DNA of 64,000 nucleotides, from positions 15,166 through 79,165 of the forward strand of contig JBAXQO010000002.1 of assembly GCA_037131675.1 (NCBI GenBank). The letters are read 5' to 3'. Made by a program: the position numbers and the translations under genes. Position 1 is the first letter of the stretch; each line of letters opens with the position of its first letter. The notes under the pieces are model-generated. The model did no database searches, was not told where the DNA came from, and saw only the letters and a program-made list of their open reading frames with translations. The stretch is from a bacterium (GTDB taxonomy: Bacteria; Patescibacteriota; Minisyncoccia; Phycocordibacterales; CAIZIN01). This document shows positions 28,316 to 38,215 of this stretch, in pieces.

Positions 28316-29212
28316 TTAATATTTTGGAATAACTCTGTTTAATATATTTTTCACATTATTTATTGGTATGGAAAAATTGATATTGTTTGAGTCTATTGCT
28401 GTCGCAACGTTTATTCCTATCACATCACCGTTTAGATCTGTAAGAGGTCCTCCTGAATTTCCTGGATTTACTGACACATCTGTTTGTATAACTCCCTTTA
28501 ATTTTTCGGTTGCGGTTGTGTTTTCATCACCTGCTTCGATGTCTCTGTTGAGACCAGATACAATACCTAAAGAAACTGTGTTGTTATATTCTCCTAAAGC
28601 ATTTCCCACTGCTATTACTGTTTGTCCAATCTTTAGATTTGATGAGTCCCCAAGCGATGCTGTGTTTTGGTATGAACCATCTATTTTTAATATGGCAATA
28701 TCGCGAACCTTGTCTTGATAAAATATTTTTGCAACTTTAGTATCTCCGTTTAAAAGGGTGACTGTATATTCTGCGTCAGTGTCTGAAACTACATGATTGT
28801 TTGTAAGTACATATCCGTGCCTGTCTATAATAATTCCTGTTCCTGCTCCTATTTTTTCTTTTTTATCTCCCTTTTTTTTAACTACTGGAATTTTAAAACC
28901 AAAATCTTTTAGACTCGGATCGTTTTCAAATGGGTTCGTGTAATAAACATCTATATTTGGAATGCTTTTCAGTATAGTTACTGAAACTACTGCTGGTGTT
29001 ATTTTTGAAACAGCCGATGTTGTGAGTTGTTCTTGAGTCTGAAATTCTTCATCTTTACTATTTGCTAAATAACCTCTTGAGTTTTTTGTGATGACGTTGA
29101 TTTGGTTTTGCAGTAGTCCAATCTGGTTTTTGTAAAAAGCTGACTGATACACACTGAAAGCTGTAAGTCCGAGAAGTGTAAGTCCAGCAACAAAATAAGT
29201 CACTTTTTTCAT
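28316..29212 (-). CDS. HtrA/DegP-like trypsin serine protease lacking PDZ
   Basis: TNNHV, DIA, NPGNSGGPL; N-terminal TM. Confidence 0.9.
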   Translation of the reverse strand: MKKVTYFVAGLTLLGLTAFSVYQSAFYKNQIGLLQNQINVITKNSRGYLANSKDEEFQTQEQLTTSAVSKITPAVVSVTILKSIPNIDVYYTNPFENDPSLKDFGFKIPVVKKKGDKKEKIGAGTGIIIDRHGYVLTNNHVVSDTDAEYTVTLLNGDTKVAKIFYQDKVRDIAILKIDGSYQNTASLGDSSNLKIGQTVIAVGNALGEYNNTVSLGIVSGLNRDIEAGDENTTATEKLKGVIQTDVSVNPGNSGGPLTDLNGDVIGINVATAIDSNNINFSIPINNVKNILNRVIPKY

Positions 29213-29395
29213 AATTCTTACTATATTCCCATGTCCATGAACATATAATGAAGTCTAAATAATGTGTCGAGTCATGTAAAAAACTAACACCTAAGATGAA
29301 TTCATAATTTATATTGTCTTGATTTTTTAAGACAGCAGATAGAGAATGGAATTAGATTCGAGGAATTTCACTAATACACTAATTTTAAATAAACG

Positions 29396-29842
29396 ATGAC
29401 AATATTTAATTTAGAGGGATACATTTCAGAGTTAAAAAAAATAATGGCAATGCCAGCTCAGACGCTAAAAGTTGTTATAATTGATGATTCTTCTGCAGAT
29501 GTTAAATATCTTGAGTTTGTATTAAAAAATTGGCCAAAAATAAAACTCATAACATATATTCAAAGCTCAGGCACAGTGCCGAAAGTAGCTTTTGATACAG
29601 ATATATTACTTTTGGATTATTATCTTGATGGAATAACAGGGGACTACATTGCTCGAGATTTAAGATCAAGAGATTTTGAGGGTTTGATTTCAAGTATAAG
29701 CACATCTATAAGTCCTGCGTGGTCTTATTTACATTTTCCTTATAAAAAAGAAATATTACATAGTGAATTATATGCGTGTGGTTTTGTGCATTACATGAAT
29801 GAACTTATTAAACACTCTCAAGAAATGAGAAAGTGGAGATAA
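29396..29842 (+). CDS. single-domain response-regulator receiver protein
   Basis: VIIDD, LLLDYYLDGITG, SIS. Confidence 0.7.
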   Translation: MTIFNLEGYISELKKIMAMPAQTLKVVIIDDSSADVKYLEFVLKNWPKIKLITYIQSSGTVPKVAFDTDILLLDYYLDGITGDYIARDLRSRDFEGLISSISTSISPAWSYLHFPYKKEILHSELYACGFVHYMNELIKHSQEMRKWR

Positions 29843-29857
29843 TATAATTTAATCTTT

Positions 29858-30352
29858 ATGCATATCTCAAATGGTTTACCAAAATTTGAAAATGTAAATG
29901 CTCTTATTGTTGTCATGGGGGCAAAATCTGTACTCTTCTATACAGGATCCAACTCTACATTGGAAGAACTTGAGTCTTTTTACTTGAAGGAACCAGAGTA
30001 TTCAAAGAATCGGACGATGAGAGGTGTGAATGCTGAAAAAGGAAAATCTAGTTTACGTTCAGCTTACACATCTAGGGGACCCTCTTTACTTACAGATTTT
30101 TTGCAGGGTTTCTATAAACATTTGGTTAATATTTTAAAACAAAATGTTATAACAAAAATATATATGTTTTGTCCAACATATATGGAAGCGAGGGTGAGAA
30201 ATATTCTACCTAAAGACATTCATAATAAAATAGTTGCTGTCCATCGAGGAAACTTTGTAAAAAAACATCCTTTTGAGATACTTAAAATGCTTGAAATGGA
30301 TCATGGTATAGAAGGGGTGGTTATCGAAAATAATGAAGAAGAAATTGACTAA
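29858..30352 (+). CDS. host-attachment / baeRF-like protein
   Basis: LIVV..., IYMFCP......, GNFVKKHPFEIL resembles the aeRF1 middle-domain (Host_attach) family. Confidence 0.55.
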   Translation: MHISNGLPKFENVNALIVVMGAKSVLFYTGSNSTLEELESFYLKEPEYSKNRTMRGVNAEKGKSSLRSAYTSRGPSLLTDFLQGFYKHLVNILKQNVITKIYMFCPTYMEARVRNILPKDIHNKIVAVHRGNFVKKHPFEILKMLEMDHGIEGVVIENNEEEID

Positions 30353-30589
30353 AATAATGCTACTGTTGACAAAATGTATATAATAGTATACTATCAAGCA
30401 GTAAGTTAATCTCATTAGTTTTGTTTTTGAACAGGGTATTCGTATCGAAACTTTAGAGATTAGAGTCAGTAAACTATTGACTCATATTTAGTCGCCTTAC
30501 TTTAATCTCTAAAGACTAATATATTTCTCGTCGTCTAATAAGTACGAGAAGTAGAACTCTTTCTTAGTAAGAAAGAGCTTTGTAATTTT

Positions 30590-31867
30590 ATGTATAATAA
30601 ACCGTTTTCAAAAAGAACAAGCAGTGCTGGTGGTAATGGTGGTGGCTATGGTGACCGTGGTCGCTCAAGTGGCGGAAGTCGCTTTGGTGGTGCAAGTCGC
30701 TCAGGCGGCAGCCGTTTTGGTGGTAATCGCTTTGGCGGCAATCGCCGTGGTGGTGGTCCAAAAGGTCAACGTATTGATGTTTCTAAATTTATAAACAAAG
30801 CAGTTATTACTGAAGAAGTAGATGTTTTTGTTCCTGAACATTCTTTTATGGATTTCACATTTGAGGAATCCTTGAAAAAGAATATCGTAACAAAGGGTTA
30901 TGTAAATCCTTCTCCAATTCAAGATCGAGCTATTCCTCATGTGCTTCGTGGTGAAGATGTTGTTGGTATTGCAAACACAGGTACTGGTAAAACAGCTGCG
31001 TTTCTTCTTCCTCTCATCAACAAAGCAATTCTTAACCCAGATGAACAGGTGTTAATCATGGCTCCAACACGTGAGCTCGCACTTCAGATTGAACAAGAAT
31101 TAAAATCATTTACACAAGGACTAAAACAATATTCAGTTTGTTGTGTTGGTGGCGCATACATTGGTAAGCAGATTTCTGAACTACGATATTTCAACAATTT
31201 CGTCATCGGTACACCAGGACGATTGAAAGATTTGATTGAACGAAGAAATATCAAACTCGCAACTTTTAAAACAGTTGTACTTGATGAAGCTGACCGTATG
31301 CTTGATATGGGATTTATTAATGATATGCGATATATCATGAGTCTCATGCAGAAGGATCGACAAACTCTTTTCTTCTCCGCAACACTTTCTCCAGAAATTG
31401 AAAAATTAATTCATGAGTTTTTGAAAAATCCAGTTCGTATTTCTGTAAAGACTCGCGATACTTCAAAGAATATCGACCAAGACATCGTTCGAGTAAAAGG
31501 TGCTACAAAGCTAGATGTACTTCATGATCTTTTGGTTCAGCCAGAATTCAACAAAGTACTTATCTTCGGACGCACAAAGCATGGTGTTGAGAAGTTAACT
31601 GGCATGCTGGTGGAACGTGGTTTCAAAGCAGCTTCTATTCACGGTGATAAAGTGCATTCACAACGACAACGAGCTCTCAAGCTTTTCAAAGATGAAGCCG
31701 TGCAGGTGCTAATTGCAACTGATGTTGCTGCACGAGGTTTGGATATTCCAAATGTCTCTCATGTGATCAACTACGAAATTCCTCAGACTTACGAAGACTA
31801 TGTACACCGCATCGGCCGAACAGGTCGTGGTGACAAGATGGGTAAGGCTCTGACATTTGTAGAATAA
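30590..31867 (+). CDS. DEAD-box RNA helicase
   Basis: PSPIQ, ANTGTGKT, PTRELA, TPGR, DEAD, SAT, ARGLD, HRIGRTGR; N-terminal RGG-like repeats. Confidence 0.96.
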   Translation: MYNKPFSKRTSSAGGNGGGYGDRGRSSGGSRFGGASRSGGSRFGGNRFGGNRRGGGPKGQRIDVSKFINKAVITEEVDVFVPEHSFMDFTFEESLKKNIVTKGYVNPSPIQDRAIPHVLRGEDVVGIANTGTGKTAAFLLPLINKAILNPDEQVLIMAPTRELALQIEQELKSFTQGLKQYSVCCVGGAYIGKQISELRYFNNFVIGTPGRLKDLIERRNIKLATFKTVVLDEADRMLDMGFINDMRYIMSLMQKDRQTLFFSATLSPEIEKLIHEFLKNPVRISVKTRDTSKNIDQDIVRVKGATKLDVLHDLLVQPEFNKVLIFGRTKHGVEKLTGMLVERGFKAASIHGDKVHSQRQRALKLFKDEAVQVLIATDVAARGLDIPNVSHVINYEIPQTYEDYVHRIGRTGRGDKMGKALTFVE

Positions 31868-31932
31868 ATTTTTTAACAAAAAAACACCAGACTGAAAAGT
31901 GTGGTGTTTTTTCTTTTTAGCTCATTGATTTA

Positions 31933-32331
31933 TTATATTTGAAAAAAATAAGGTAGAAATATAATTAACCCAACAATAATAGCTGTAATTGAAGATATTA
32001 GAACTGCTCCAGCGGCGACATCTTTAGTGTCTCTTGCATAAGGGTGGTATTCAGGAGAAGTTAGGTCGATATCAATTTCAATAGCAGTATTAAAAGCTTC
32101 TGAAACTAGTACGAAGCCAGAAGTAAGAACGAGTGCTAGCCATTCCACTTGAGTGATGTGAAAATATAAGCCCAGTAAGACAGCACAAAGAAGAATGGAA
32201 AGATGTATCCACGCATTGTGAGTACTTTTTATAAAAATCCAAGTACCACGACCTGCATAAGTAAAACTTTCTGCGCGTTTTACAATAGAAAATTTTTTTG
32301 TTTGGCTAATTTTTTTAATTTCATTCATCAT
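31933..32331 (-). CDS. dgkA: DgkA-family diacylglycerol/undecaprenol kinase
   Basis: SF.YA..G, EAFNTAIE, KDVAAGAVL; three TMs. Confidence 0.88.
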   Translation of the reverse strand: MMNEIKKISQTKKFSIVKRAESFTYAGRGTWIFIKSTHNAWIHLSILLCAVLLGLYFHITQVEWLALVLTSGFVLVSEAFNTAIEIDIDLTSPEYHPYARDTKDVAAGAVLISSITAIIVGLIIFLPYFFQI

Positions 32332-32385
32332 ATAAATGACATTATATCAAAAGTTATATTTTAATATATGTATATGAAAATATAT

Positions 32386-33873
32386 TTATTCCGCAAAGAC
32401 TTCTTCCGCGGCTGCTTTTTTGTCTCCTTTGATCCAGAATGAAGCAAAAGCTCCAATGAGAACAAGTATCGAGGAGACAATAAACACAGTGCCATAGGCT
32501 GAAATCTGGGCTTTGAGGGATATTAGGGCAGTGGCTTGTTTGAATTGTTCCGCTGTGTGGAGGTGAAGAATGCTATTTTTTGAAATTGTAAGAATATTAC
32601 TTTCAATTGATTTTGTAAGGATTGTTCCGAAGATTGCAATACCGAATGCGCCGGCAATATTTCGCACAAGCGCTAGAACTCCAGATGCAATTCCAATTTC
32701 ATCATGAGGTACTGCAGATGCAATAATATTTGTTCGCTGTGCCATACCAAAGCCAAGGCCGAATGCCATTATTGATAATGGAATCATGATGTCTAAGGCT
32801 CCTGAGCGCGCATCGATAAAAGAGAATAAGTACAGGCCGATGGCTGCAACAAAGGTACTTGCGGCAATAACATAGCGAGGTTGAACTTTTCCAATGAGTC
32901 TGCCTCCGATAGGTGCTCCGAGCATCATTGCAAATGCCATCGGCATAAAGAGGTACCCACTTTGTGTTGCGTCATATCCTAGAAAAGTTTGAGCAAAAAT
33001 TGGGATTAGGAAGAGGCTTCCCATCATTCCCATGAAGACAATGAAGTTATTGAAAAGTGCGTTTACGAAAATTGGAATTTTGAAAAATTTAAAATCAACA
33101 ATTGGTTCAGGGTGGTTGATTTCGATTTTTGCAAATATGAAACTAAAAATAATTATTGAAACGTAGGACAAAATACTTTCATATGAAAGCCATCCCCAGT
33201 CCAAACCTTTGTCGAGCACAAGTACGAGCGATGCAAGCGCACCGCCGAGAGTGAGTGCGCCCCACCAGTCGAAGTTTAATGTTTTCTTTTCTGAAGTAGA
33301 TTCGTGTACATATTTATTTGCCATCAAAATACCGATAATTCCAATAGGTAAGTTGATGAGGAAAACAGAACGCCAACCGAAGTTGTCGATGAGTGGTCCG
33401 CCGAGAAGTGGTCCAAAAACTGTGGCTGCTGCAAATGAAGCAGACCAAATACCCAGAGCCTGGGCGCGCTCTTTACCTTCTGTAAATGTGACTGCAATAA
33501 TTGCCATGGCGGTAGGGTAGTCAGCAGATCCTGCGATAGCTTGGATAACCCTAAAAACGAGAAGGGAAGAAAGGTTCCACGATAGACCTGCAAGAATGGA
33601 GCCGACGATAAACATACTAAAGCCGATAATGTAAATTTTTTTTCTACCCAATGTGTCTCCAAGTTTTCCCCATACTGGAACAAAAACAGCATTCGCTAAA
33701 ATGTATGCAGTTGCAATCCAACCAGCAGCAGAAACAGTGATGCTGAAATCATCAATTATTTTTGGAAGGGCAAGGTTGACGATGGTTTGGTCGAGACGTC
33801 CAAGAAACGTGCCGACCATGACGGTCAAAAGCACGAGCCATTTTAGATTTTTATTTTCTTGGGTTTTTTCCAT
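32386..33873 (-). CDS. DHA2 (EmrB/QacA) MFS efflux transporter
   Basis: LDQTIVNLALP, GKLGDTLGRK, GPLLGG, WRSVFLINLPIG; 14-TM pattern. Confidence 0.92.
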   Translation of the reverse strand: MEKTQENKNLKWLVLLTVMVGTFLGRLDQTIVNLALPKIIDDFSITVSAAGWIATAYILANAVFVPVWGKLGDTLGRKKIYIIGFSMFIVGSILAGLSWNLSSLLVFRVIQAIAGSADYPTAMAIIAVTFTEGKERAQALGIWSASFAAATVFGPLLGGPLIDNFGWRSVFLINLPIGIIGILMANKYVHESTSEKKTLNFDWWGALTLGGALASLVLVLDKGLDWGWLSYESILSYVSIIIFSFIFAKIEINHPEPIVDFKFFKIPIFVNALFNNFIVFMGMMGSLFLIPIFAQTFLGYDATQSGYLFMPMAFAMMLGAPIGGRLIGKVQPRYVIAASTFVAAIGLYLFSFIDARSGALDIMIPLSIMAFGLGFGMAQRTNIIASAVPHDEIGIASGVLALVRNIAGAFGIAIFGTILTKSIESNILTISKNSILHLHTAEQFKQATALISLKAQISAYGTVFIVSSILVLIGAFASFWIKGDKKAAAEEVFAE

Positions 33874-33895
33874 TTTTTTATTTCAGTCTGACGAA

Positions 33896-33987
33896 AGTGT
33901 ATGTTTTCAGGAAACTTGGGAGGAGTGGCGACGACGGACAGAGAAAATTTTTAGCAAAAAATTTTCGTGTTCCTGAAAATATGCACT
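33896..33987. repeat. dispersed palindromic element, copy 2 (short form)
   Basis: Arms AGTGTATGTTTTCAGGAA / TTCCTGAAAATATGCACT (16 WC + 2 G-T pairs); shares GGAAACTTGG and the 39-nt core with copy 1. Confidence 0.9.
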
Positions 33988-33995
33988 GAGGTATT

Positions 33996-34715
33996 TTAGT
34001 TTGTATAAATCCACAATTTTGCAGACATGCCATTTTGAAGTTCTGGATATTGGGTTGTGTTGAATCTTATTTTAACGTCGAATACACGAGTCTCTCTTTT
34101 ATCTGAAATGTTGAATACAATATCTCCTTGTCGAGCACTAGGACTAATTTCGTCTACGATACCTTCAAATTTTTTGCTACCAAACGCATCTACTGTAAAA
34201 GTCGCATGTTGTCCAATTTTAATTTCATTCAAACCTTTATCTTCGTCGATATGTCCGACAACACGGAGGTCATCGGGGTTTACTACTGTAACCACAGCCT
34301 CACCGCGATTGAAAAGTTTGCCAATTGAATCTTGTGTTTTTGTTACCACGCCCGCATCCTTTGTTTTGATGAGTTCGTTATCTACTCTAGCAACTACGGA
34401 ATTTGCATTAATGTAGTCACCTTGTTTTACAAAAACCTCCTGCAGAATTCCTGCATTTTGTGGCGCAAGGTCTGATGTTGGAGCAGAAATCTCGGCTTTG
34501 TCCGTGTATACTCTGCCAGAAGAATATTTCCAATAGGCGAATCCGCTCGCGCCTGCAATAATTAAGAATGAGATTAGTCCGAGGGCTATGTGAGAATTAC
34601 GGGAAAGTTTTTTAATGTCTTTCTCTTCATCTTTAATTTTTTTTAGAATTTCTTCTTCCTCGCGAAGAATTTTCTTTTCCTCATCGAGCATTTGTTTTTG
34701 TGTATCGTTTGTCAT
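33996..34715 (-). CDS. EmrA/HlyD-family membrane fusion protein
   Basis: TM, lipoyl-like halves, IKIGQ.A.FTVDAF, GMSA. Confidence 0.85.
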   Translation of the reverse strand: MTNDTQKQMLDEEKKILREEEEILKKIKDEEKDIKKLSRNSHIALGLISFLIIAGASGFAYWKYSSGRVYTDKAEISAPTSDLAPQNAGILQEVFVKQGDYINANSVVARVDNELIKTKDAGVVTKTQDSIGKLFNRGEAVVTVVNPDDLRVVGHIDEDKGLNEIKIGQHATFTVDAFGSKKFEGIVDEISPSARQGDIVFNISDKRETRVFDVKIRFNTTQYPELQNGMSAKLWIYTN

Positions 34716-34718
34716 GTT

Positions 34719-36179
34719 TTAGTTGTTACCAAAGCTTGCTATTAAATCTCCTTCATTAAGTCCAGAAAGAACTTCCGTTTCTGTGTTTGTGTTCATGATA
34801 CCTGTGGTAATCTTTTTCTCGGAATATTCTTTTCCATTTTGAACAAGAACAAAAGTATCATTACCTCGACGGATAATTGCACGAGAAGGTACGACTAGTG
34901 CCTGATTTGATGTACGAGTGGAAACTTCTGCGTTTGCAGTCATACCAGAATAGATTTTACTATCTGACTTATCGAATAGAAGTGTTGCTTTGTATGTACC
35001 AACTCCGTTTGTCACCGTTTCTGATGGGTCAATGGCAGATACATGAGCGTTGAATATGTTGCCCGTGCCGTACGCGTCGAGAGTGATTGCCGCTTTATTG
35101 TCGACTGCGATTTTAGCAAGATCAACTTCTGGAATTTGTATCTCAACTTTAAATGCATCTTTTGTCATGATGCCGAAAGCTGGTGTTCCTGCTGCAAAAA
35201 ATTCTCCAACTTTTGGTTCGGCTTTTGTTACTATTCCTGAAAACGGAGCTCGGATAATTGTGTGATTAATTTGGCTTTGGATAGCATCAACAGCTGACTG
35301 AGCCTTTGATACTCGAGTTTCTTGAACGGGGCCACTTGCAGAAGTTCCTCGAAGGGACTCCTCTGCACTTGTGATATTTGAGAGTGTTGTGTTTATGTTT
35401 GCTCTGGCGGAGGCCACATCACTTTTATATTTATCAATTGTGCTTTGAGGAAGTGTATTGTTTGGTTCGAAGTTGTTTACTGCGCGTGATACATCATCAA
35501 GGAAATTTTTGACGGTCGTCAAATATGTTCTTGCTTGTTCCGCATCGGCATTTGAGATTGAATCAGATGAAAGATTGGTATTCATCGTGTGCCACTTAGT
35601 TAGAGTTTCTTCAATTACAATTCTTTCTCCGTTTATTTTTTCTTTCAAATCATAGTCATTAAAAGCAAAAAGAATTTTTGGGTTCATTGTGTCGGGGTCT
35701 GTAAAAAATTGGTCCACTTTATTGCGTACAGAATCATCTGCTGTGGTAAGACCGCCTTGAACAGTGTCGTAAAGTTTATGTTGTGCTGTCACGAGTTCTG
35801 TTGAAGTATTGCCTGAGCTACCTTGTAGTTGACTTAATTTTTCTTGTTCGGCTTTGAGATCGGCCTGTGCACCTTCAAGACTCGCATATAGTTCGTCTGA
35901 AGAAAGCGCCCCGAGAGTATCGCCGGCGTTTACTGAGTCACCAATTTTAACATTTACACGAGCAACTGAGCCGCTTTTATCAAATGCAAGTGATACGTTA
36001 TCGAGTGCTTCGACTTTTCCTGTCGCTGTAATTTTTTCAGTAATGTCTTTTCTTTCAACTTTCACAGTGTTGTAGTTTTGTGTACGAGAAGAAATGAGGA
36101 ATGTTGAACCAGCAATTATTCCTATTCCAATAAAGATAGATCCTCCAATTATAAATGTTTTGTTATGCAGTAAGTTCAT
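34719..36179 (-). CDS. efflux periplasmic adaptor subunit (long coiled coil)
   Basis: ATGKV, VKIGD.V, IRAPFSG, GMTA, VPSRA, EVLSGL.EGD. Confidence 0.88.
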   Translation of the reverse strand: MNLLHNKTFIIGGSIFIGIGIIAGSTFLISSRTQNYNTVKVERKDITEKITATGKVEALDNVSLAFDKSGSVARVNVKIGDSVNAGDTLGALSSDELYASLEGAQADLKAEQEKLSQLQGSSGNTSTELVTAQHKLYDTVQGGLTTADDSVRNKVDQFFTDPDTMNPKILFAFNDYDLKEKINGERIVIEETLTKWHTMNTNLSSDSISNADAEQARTYLTTVKNFLDDVSRAVNNFEPNNTLPQSTIDKYKSDVASARANINTTLSNITSAEESLRGTSASGPVQETRVSKAQSAVDAIQSQINHTIIRAPFSGIVTKAEPKVGEFFAAGTPAFGIMTKDAFKVEIQIPEVDLAKIAVDNKAAITLDAYGTGNIFNAHVSAIDPSETVTNGVGTYKATLLFDKSDSKIYSGMTANAEVSTRTSNQALVVPSRAIIRRGNDTFVLVQNGKEYSEKKITTGIMNTNTETEVLSGLNEGDLIASFGNN

Positions 36180-36603
36180 CTTGTTTCTTGTTAGTTATTA
36201 TTGTTTCTAAAATTCCCTCGAAATCTTTTTTTTGTTTTTGCGTGAAAGCGTCAAAAAGTTTTTCTATCTTTACGGAAGCTTGTTTAAGGCATTTTTCCAA
36301 ATTCTTTTTTCCTAGCGACGTTATCTTTAGTGATACTATTCTGCGGTCTGTCTTGCTCGGGGTTCTCTTGAGTTTTCCATTTTTCTCGAGCTTGTTAATG
36401 ATTTCCGTGGTGGATGGGGAAGAGATGTGTAAGTATTCTGCCAAAGTTTTCATCGATATGTTTTCATTCTTCGAGACTATTCCTAGAGTTTTTAATTCTA
36501 AAATCGAAGACTCTGGATTTTTTTCGATTATTTTCTCTCGTATTATTCCTGCTACAGCGAGGATGTTGAGCATGAGTTTGCTTGTCGGATCATTTTTGTC
36601 CAT
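36163..36603 (-). CDS. MarR-family regulator
   Basis: LAEYLHISSPSTT...LEK.G...R.....DRR...L.IT..G. Confidence 0.9.
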   Translation of the reverse strand: MDKNDPTSKLMLNILAVAGIIREKIIEKNPESSILELKTLGIVSKNENISMKTLAEYLHISSPSTTEIINKLEKNGKLKRTPSKTDRRIVSLKITSLGKKNLEKCLKQASVKIEKLFDAFTQKQKKDFEGILETIITNKKQDELTA

Positions 36604-36609
36604 TGTGAT

Positions 36610-36632
36610 AATTGTTAGGTTTCCTAAGTATT
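36610..36632. promoter_or_regulatory. putative MarR operator
   Basis: AATtgTTAGG-ttt-CCTAAgtATT palindrome between a minus-strand TTGACA/TAAAAT promoter and the marR start. Confidence 0.65.
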
Positions 36633-36709
36633 TTATTGTTTTTAGATGAAAATGTCAAATACACATCACGTTAGCGTATCTTTGTAAAAACCTGTAAAAT
36701 GATTCTTAT

Positions 36710-37453
36710 ATGAATATTTTTAGATCTCGCTTTAAAAAAGAAATCGTAACTGAATTTGTTCGACCTGTTATAGATTCAAATAAAGTAATTATTTTATGCA
36801 CTGGTATGCCGGGTTATCCTGGTAAGCGTGAAGATCTTTTGAGTTTCTTGGCAGATAAGGGGTATTGGGTGTTTTTGCCACGCTATCGTGGAAGCTGGGA
36901 AAGTGATGGAAGTTTTTTGAAGGAATCGCCACATCAAGATGTTTTGGATATTATAGACGAGCTTGAAACGGGTTTTATTGAATTGTGGGGTGGTAATAAA
37001 TTTATGATAAACAAACCAGAGGTGTACCTAGTTGGTGTGAGTTTCGGTGGTCCTGCAGCACTCCTTGCTTCAAGGGATAGTAGAGTAAAAAAAGTTGTTG
37101 CTATGTCACCTGTAGTTGACTGGAAAATTGAAAGTGAAGCTGAGCCATTTGATCATTTAGCACAGTTTATGATTGACGGATTTGGAAATGGATATAGGTG
37201 TGATATGGAAGATTTTCATAAACTTCAGAAAGGGAGTTTCTATAACCCGATAGATGAAATCGAATCTCTTGATTCTTCAAAAATAAAAATTATACATGCA
37301 AAAAATGATGAAGTGGTATATTTTGCGCCTACAGAAAATTTTGCAAAAAAACTTGGTTGTGAATTTGTGGCGCTTGAAACTGGTGGTCACCTGTCTACGT
37401 CACTTATTTTACTTCCTGAATTTTGGTCAGAAATAAAAGCATTTATAGAATGA
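36710..37453 (+). CDS. alpha/beta hydrolase (S9-like)
   Basis: PRYRGSWES, GVSFGG nucleophile elbow, ND..V, GGH. Confidence 0.85.
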   Translation: MNIFRSRFKKEIVTEFVRPVIDSNKVIILCTGMPGYPGKREDLLSFLADKGYWVFLPRYRGSWESDGSFLKESPHQDVLDIIDELETGFIELWGGNKFMINKPEVYLVGVSFGGPAALLASRDSRVKKVVAMSPVVDWKIESEAEPFDHLAQFMIDGFGNGYRCDMEDFHKLQKGSFYNPIDEIESLDSSKIKIIHAKNDEVVYFAPTENFAKKLGCEFVALETGGHLSTSLILLPEFWSEIKAFIE

Positions 37454-38148
37454 AATCACTAGCTGTTGAAAAGGTATTAAAGGCGAAAGCTAACAAATTG
37501 AAAGCCCAATTACTTTCGAAGTTTTTTAAAACTGGAAAAGGGGAATATGGAGAGGGTGATGTATTTTTGGGAATTACTGTACCTGAACAGAGGCTAATTG
37601 CAAAGGAATTTGTGAATATTCCGCTTGAGGAGGTGCAGAAACTTTTGCAAAGCCCTTTGCATGAATGTCGCTTTACCGCACTTTTGATTTTAACTTACAA
37701 ATATTCCAAAGCTGACGAAAAAGAAAAGAATAAGATATTTGATTTTTATATAAAGAATACAAAATATATAAATAATTGGGATTTGGTGGATGTCACGTGC
37801 CATAAAATAGTCGGAGAATATTTGTTTGAAAAAGATAGGAAAATTTTATACAAATTAGCAAAATCGAAAAATTTATGGGAAAAACGCATTGCAATAATTT
37901 CCACTTTTTATTTTATTCGAGAAAGGGATTTTTCTGATTCTATAAAGATTGCTGAAATGCTCTTAGGTGATACACACGATTTAATCCACAAAGCTGTGGG
38001 TTGGATGCTTCGGGAAGTGGGCAAAAAAGACGAAAATGTATTGCATGACTTTTTGAAAATTCACACCAAGAAAATGCCTCGAACTGCGCTAAGGTATGCG
38101 ATAGAGAGACTACCAGAAGAGTTCAGGAGGTTTTATATGAGGTTGTAA
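37450..38148 (+). CDS. AlkD-like DNA alkylation repair protein
   Basis: GEYGEGD.FLG, NNWDLVD, W..R.AI, HKAVGWMLRE, RTALRYAIE; ATGA overlap with the upstream gene. Confidence 0.9.
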   Translation: MKSLAVEKVLKAKANKLKAQLLSKFFKTGKGEYGEGDVFLGITVPEQRLIAKEFVNIPLEEVQKLLQSPLHECRFTALLILTYKYSKADEKEKNKIFDFYIKNTKYINNWDLVDVTCHKIVGEYLFEKDRKILYKLAKSKNLWEKRIAIISTFYFIRERDFSDSIKIAEMLLGDTHDLIHKAVGWMLREVGKKDENVLHDFLKIHTKKMPRTALRYAIERLPEEFRRFYMRL

Positions 38149-38168
38149 GATTGGGTAGTAATAAAAAA

Positions 38169-38196
38169 CAGGCGTCATCCAGGAAGATGACGCCTG
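38169..38196. terminator. bidirectional terminator
   Basis: CAGGCGTCATC-caggaa-GATGACGCCTG between convergent genes. Confidence 0.75.
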
Positions 38197-38215
38197 CTAT
38201 ATTTTGTGACACTGT

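Noticed and set aside
30620-30760. Imperfect GGSRFGG repeats at the DEAD-box N-terminus
   Set aside because: Ordinary low-complexity RGG-type extension in protein, not a DNA repeat system
33887-33915. CTGACGA...GAAAC hammerhead-like core
   Set aside because: No convincing stem II or stems I/III, and CTGACGA is not present in the other copy of the element
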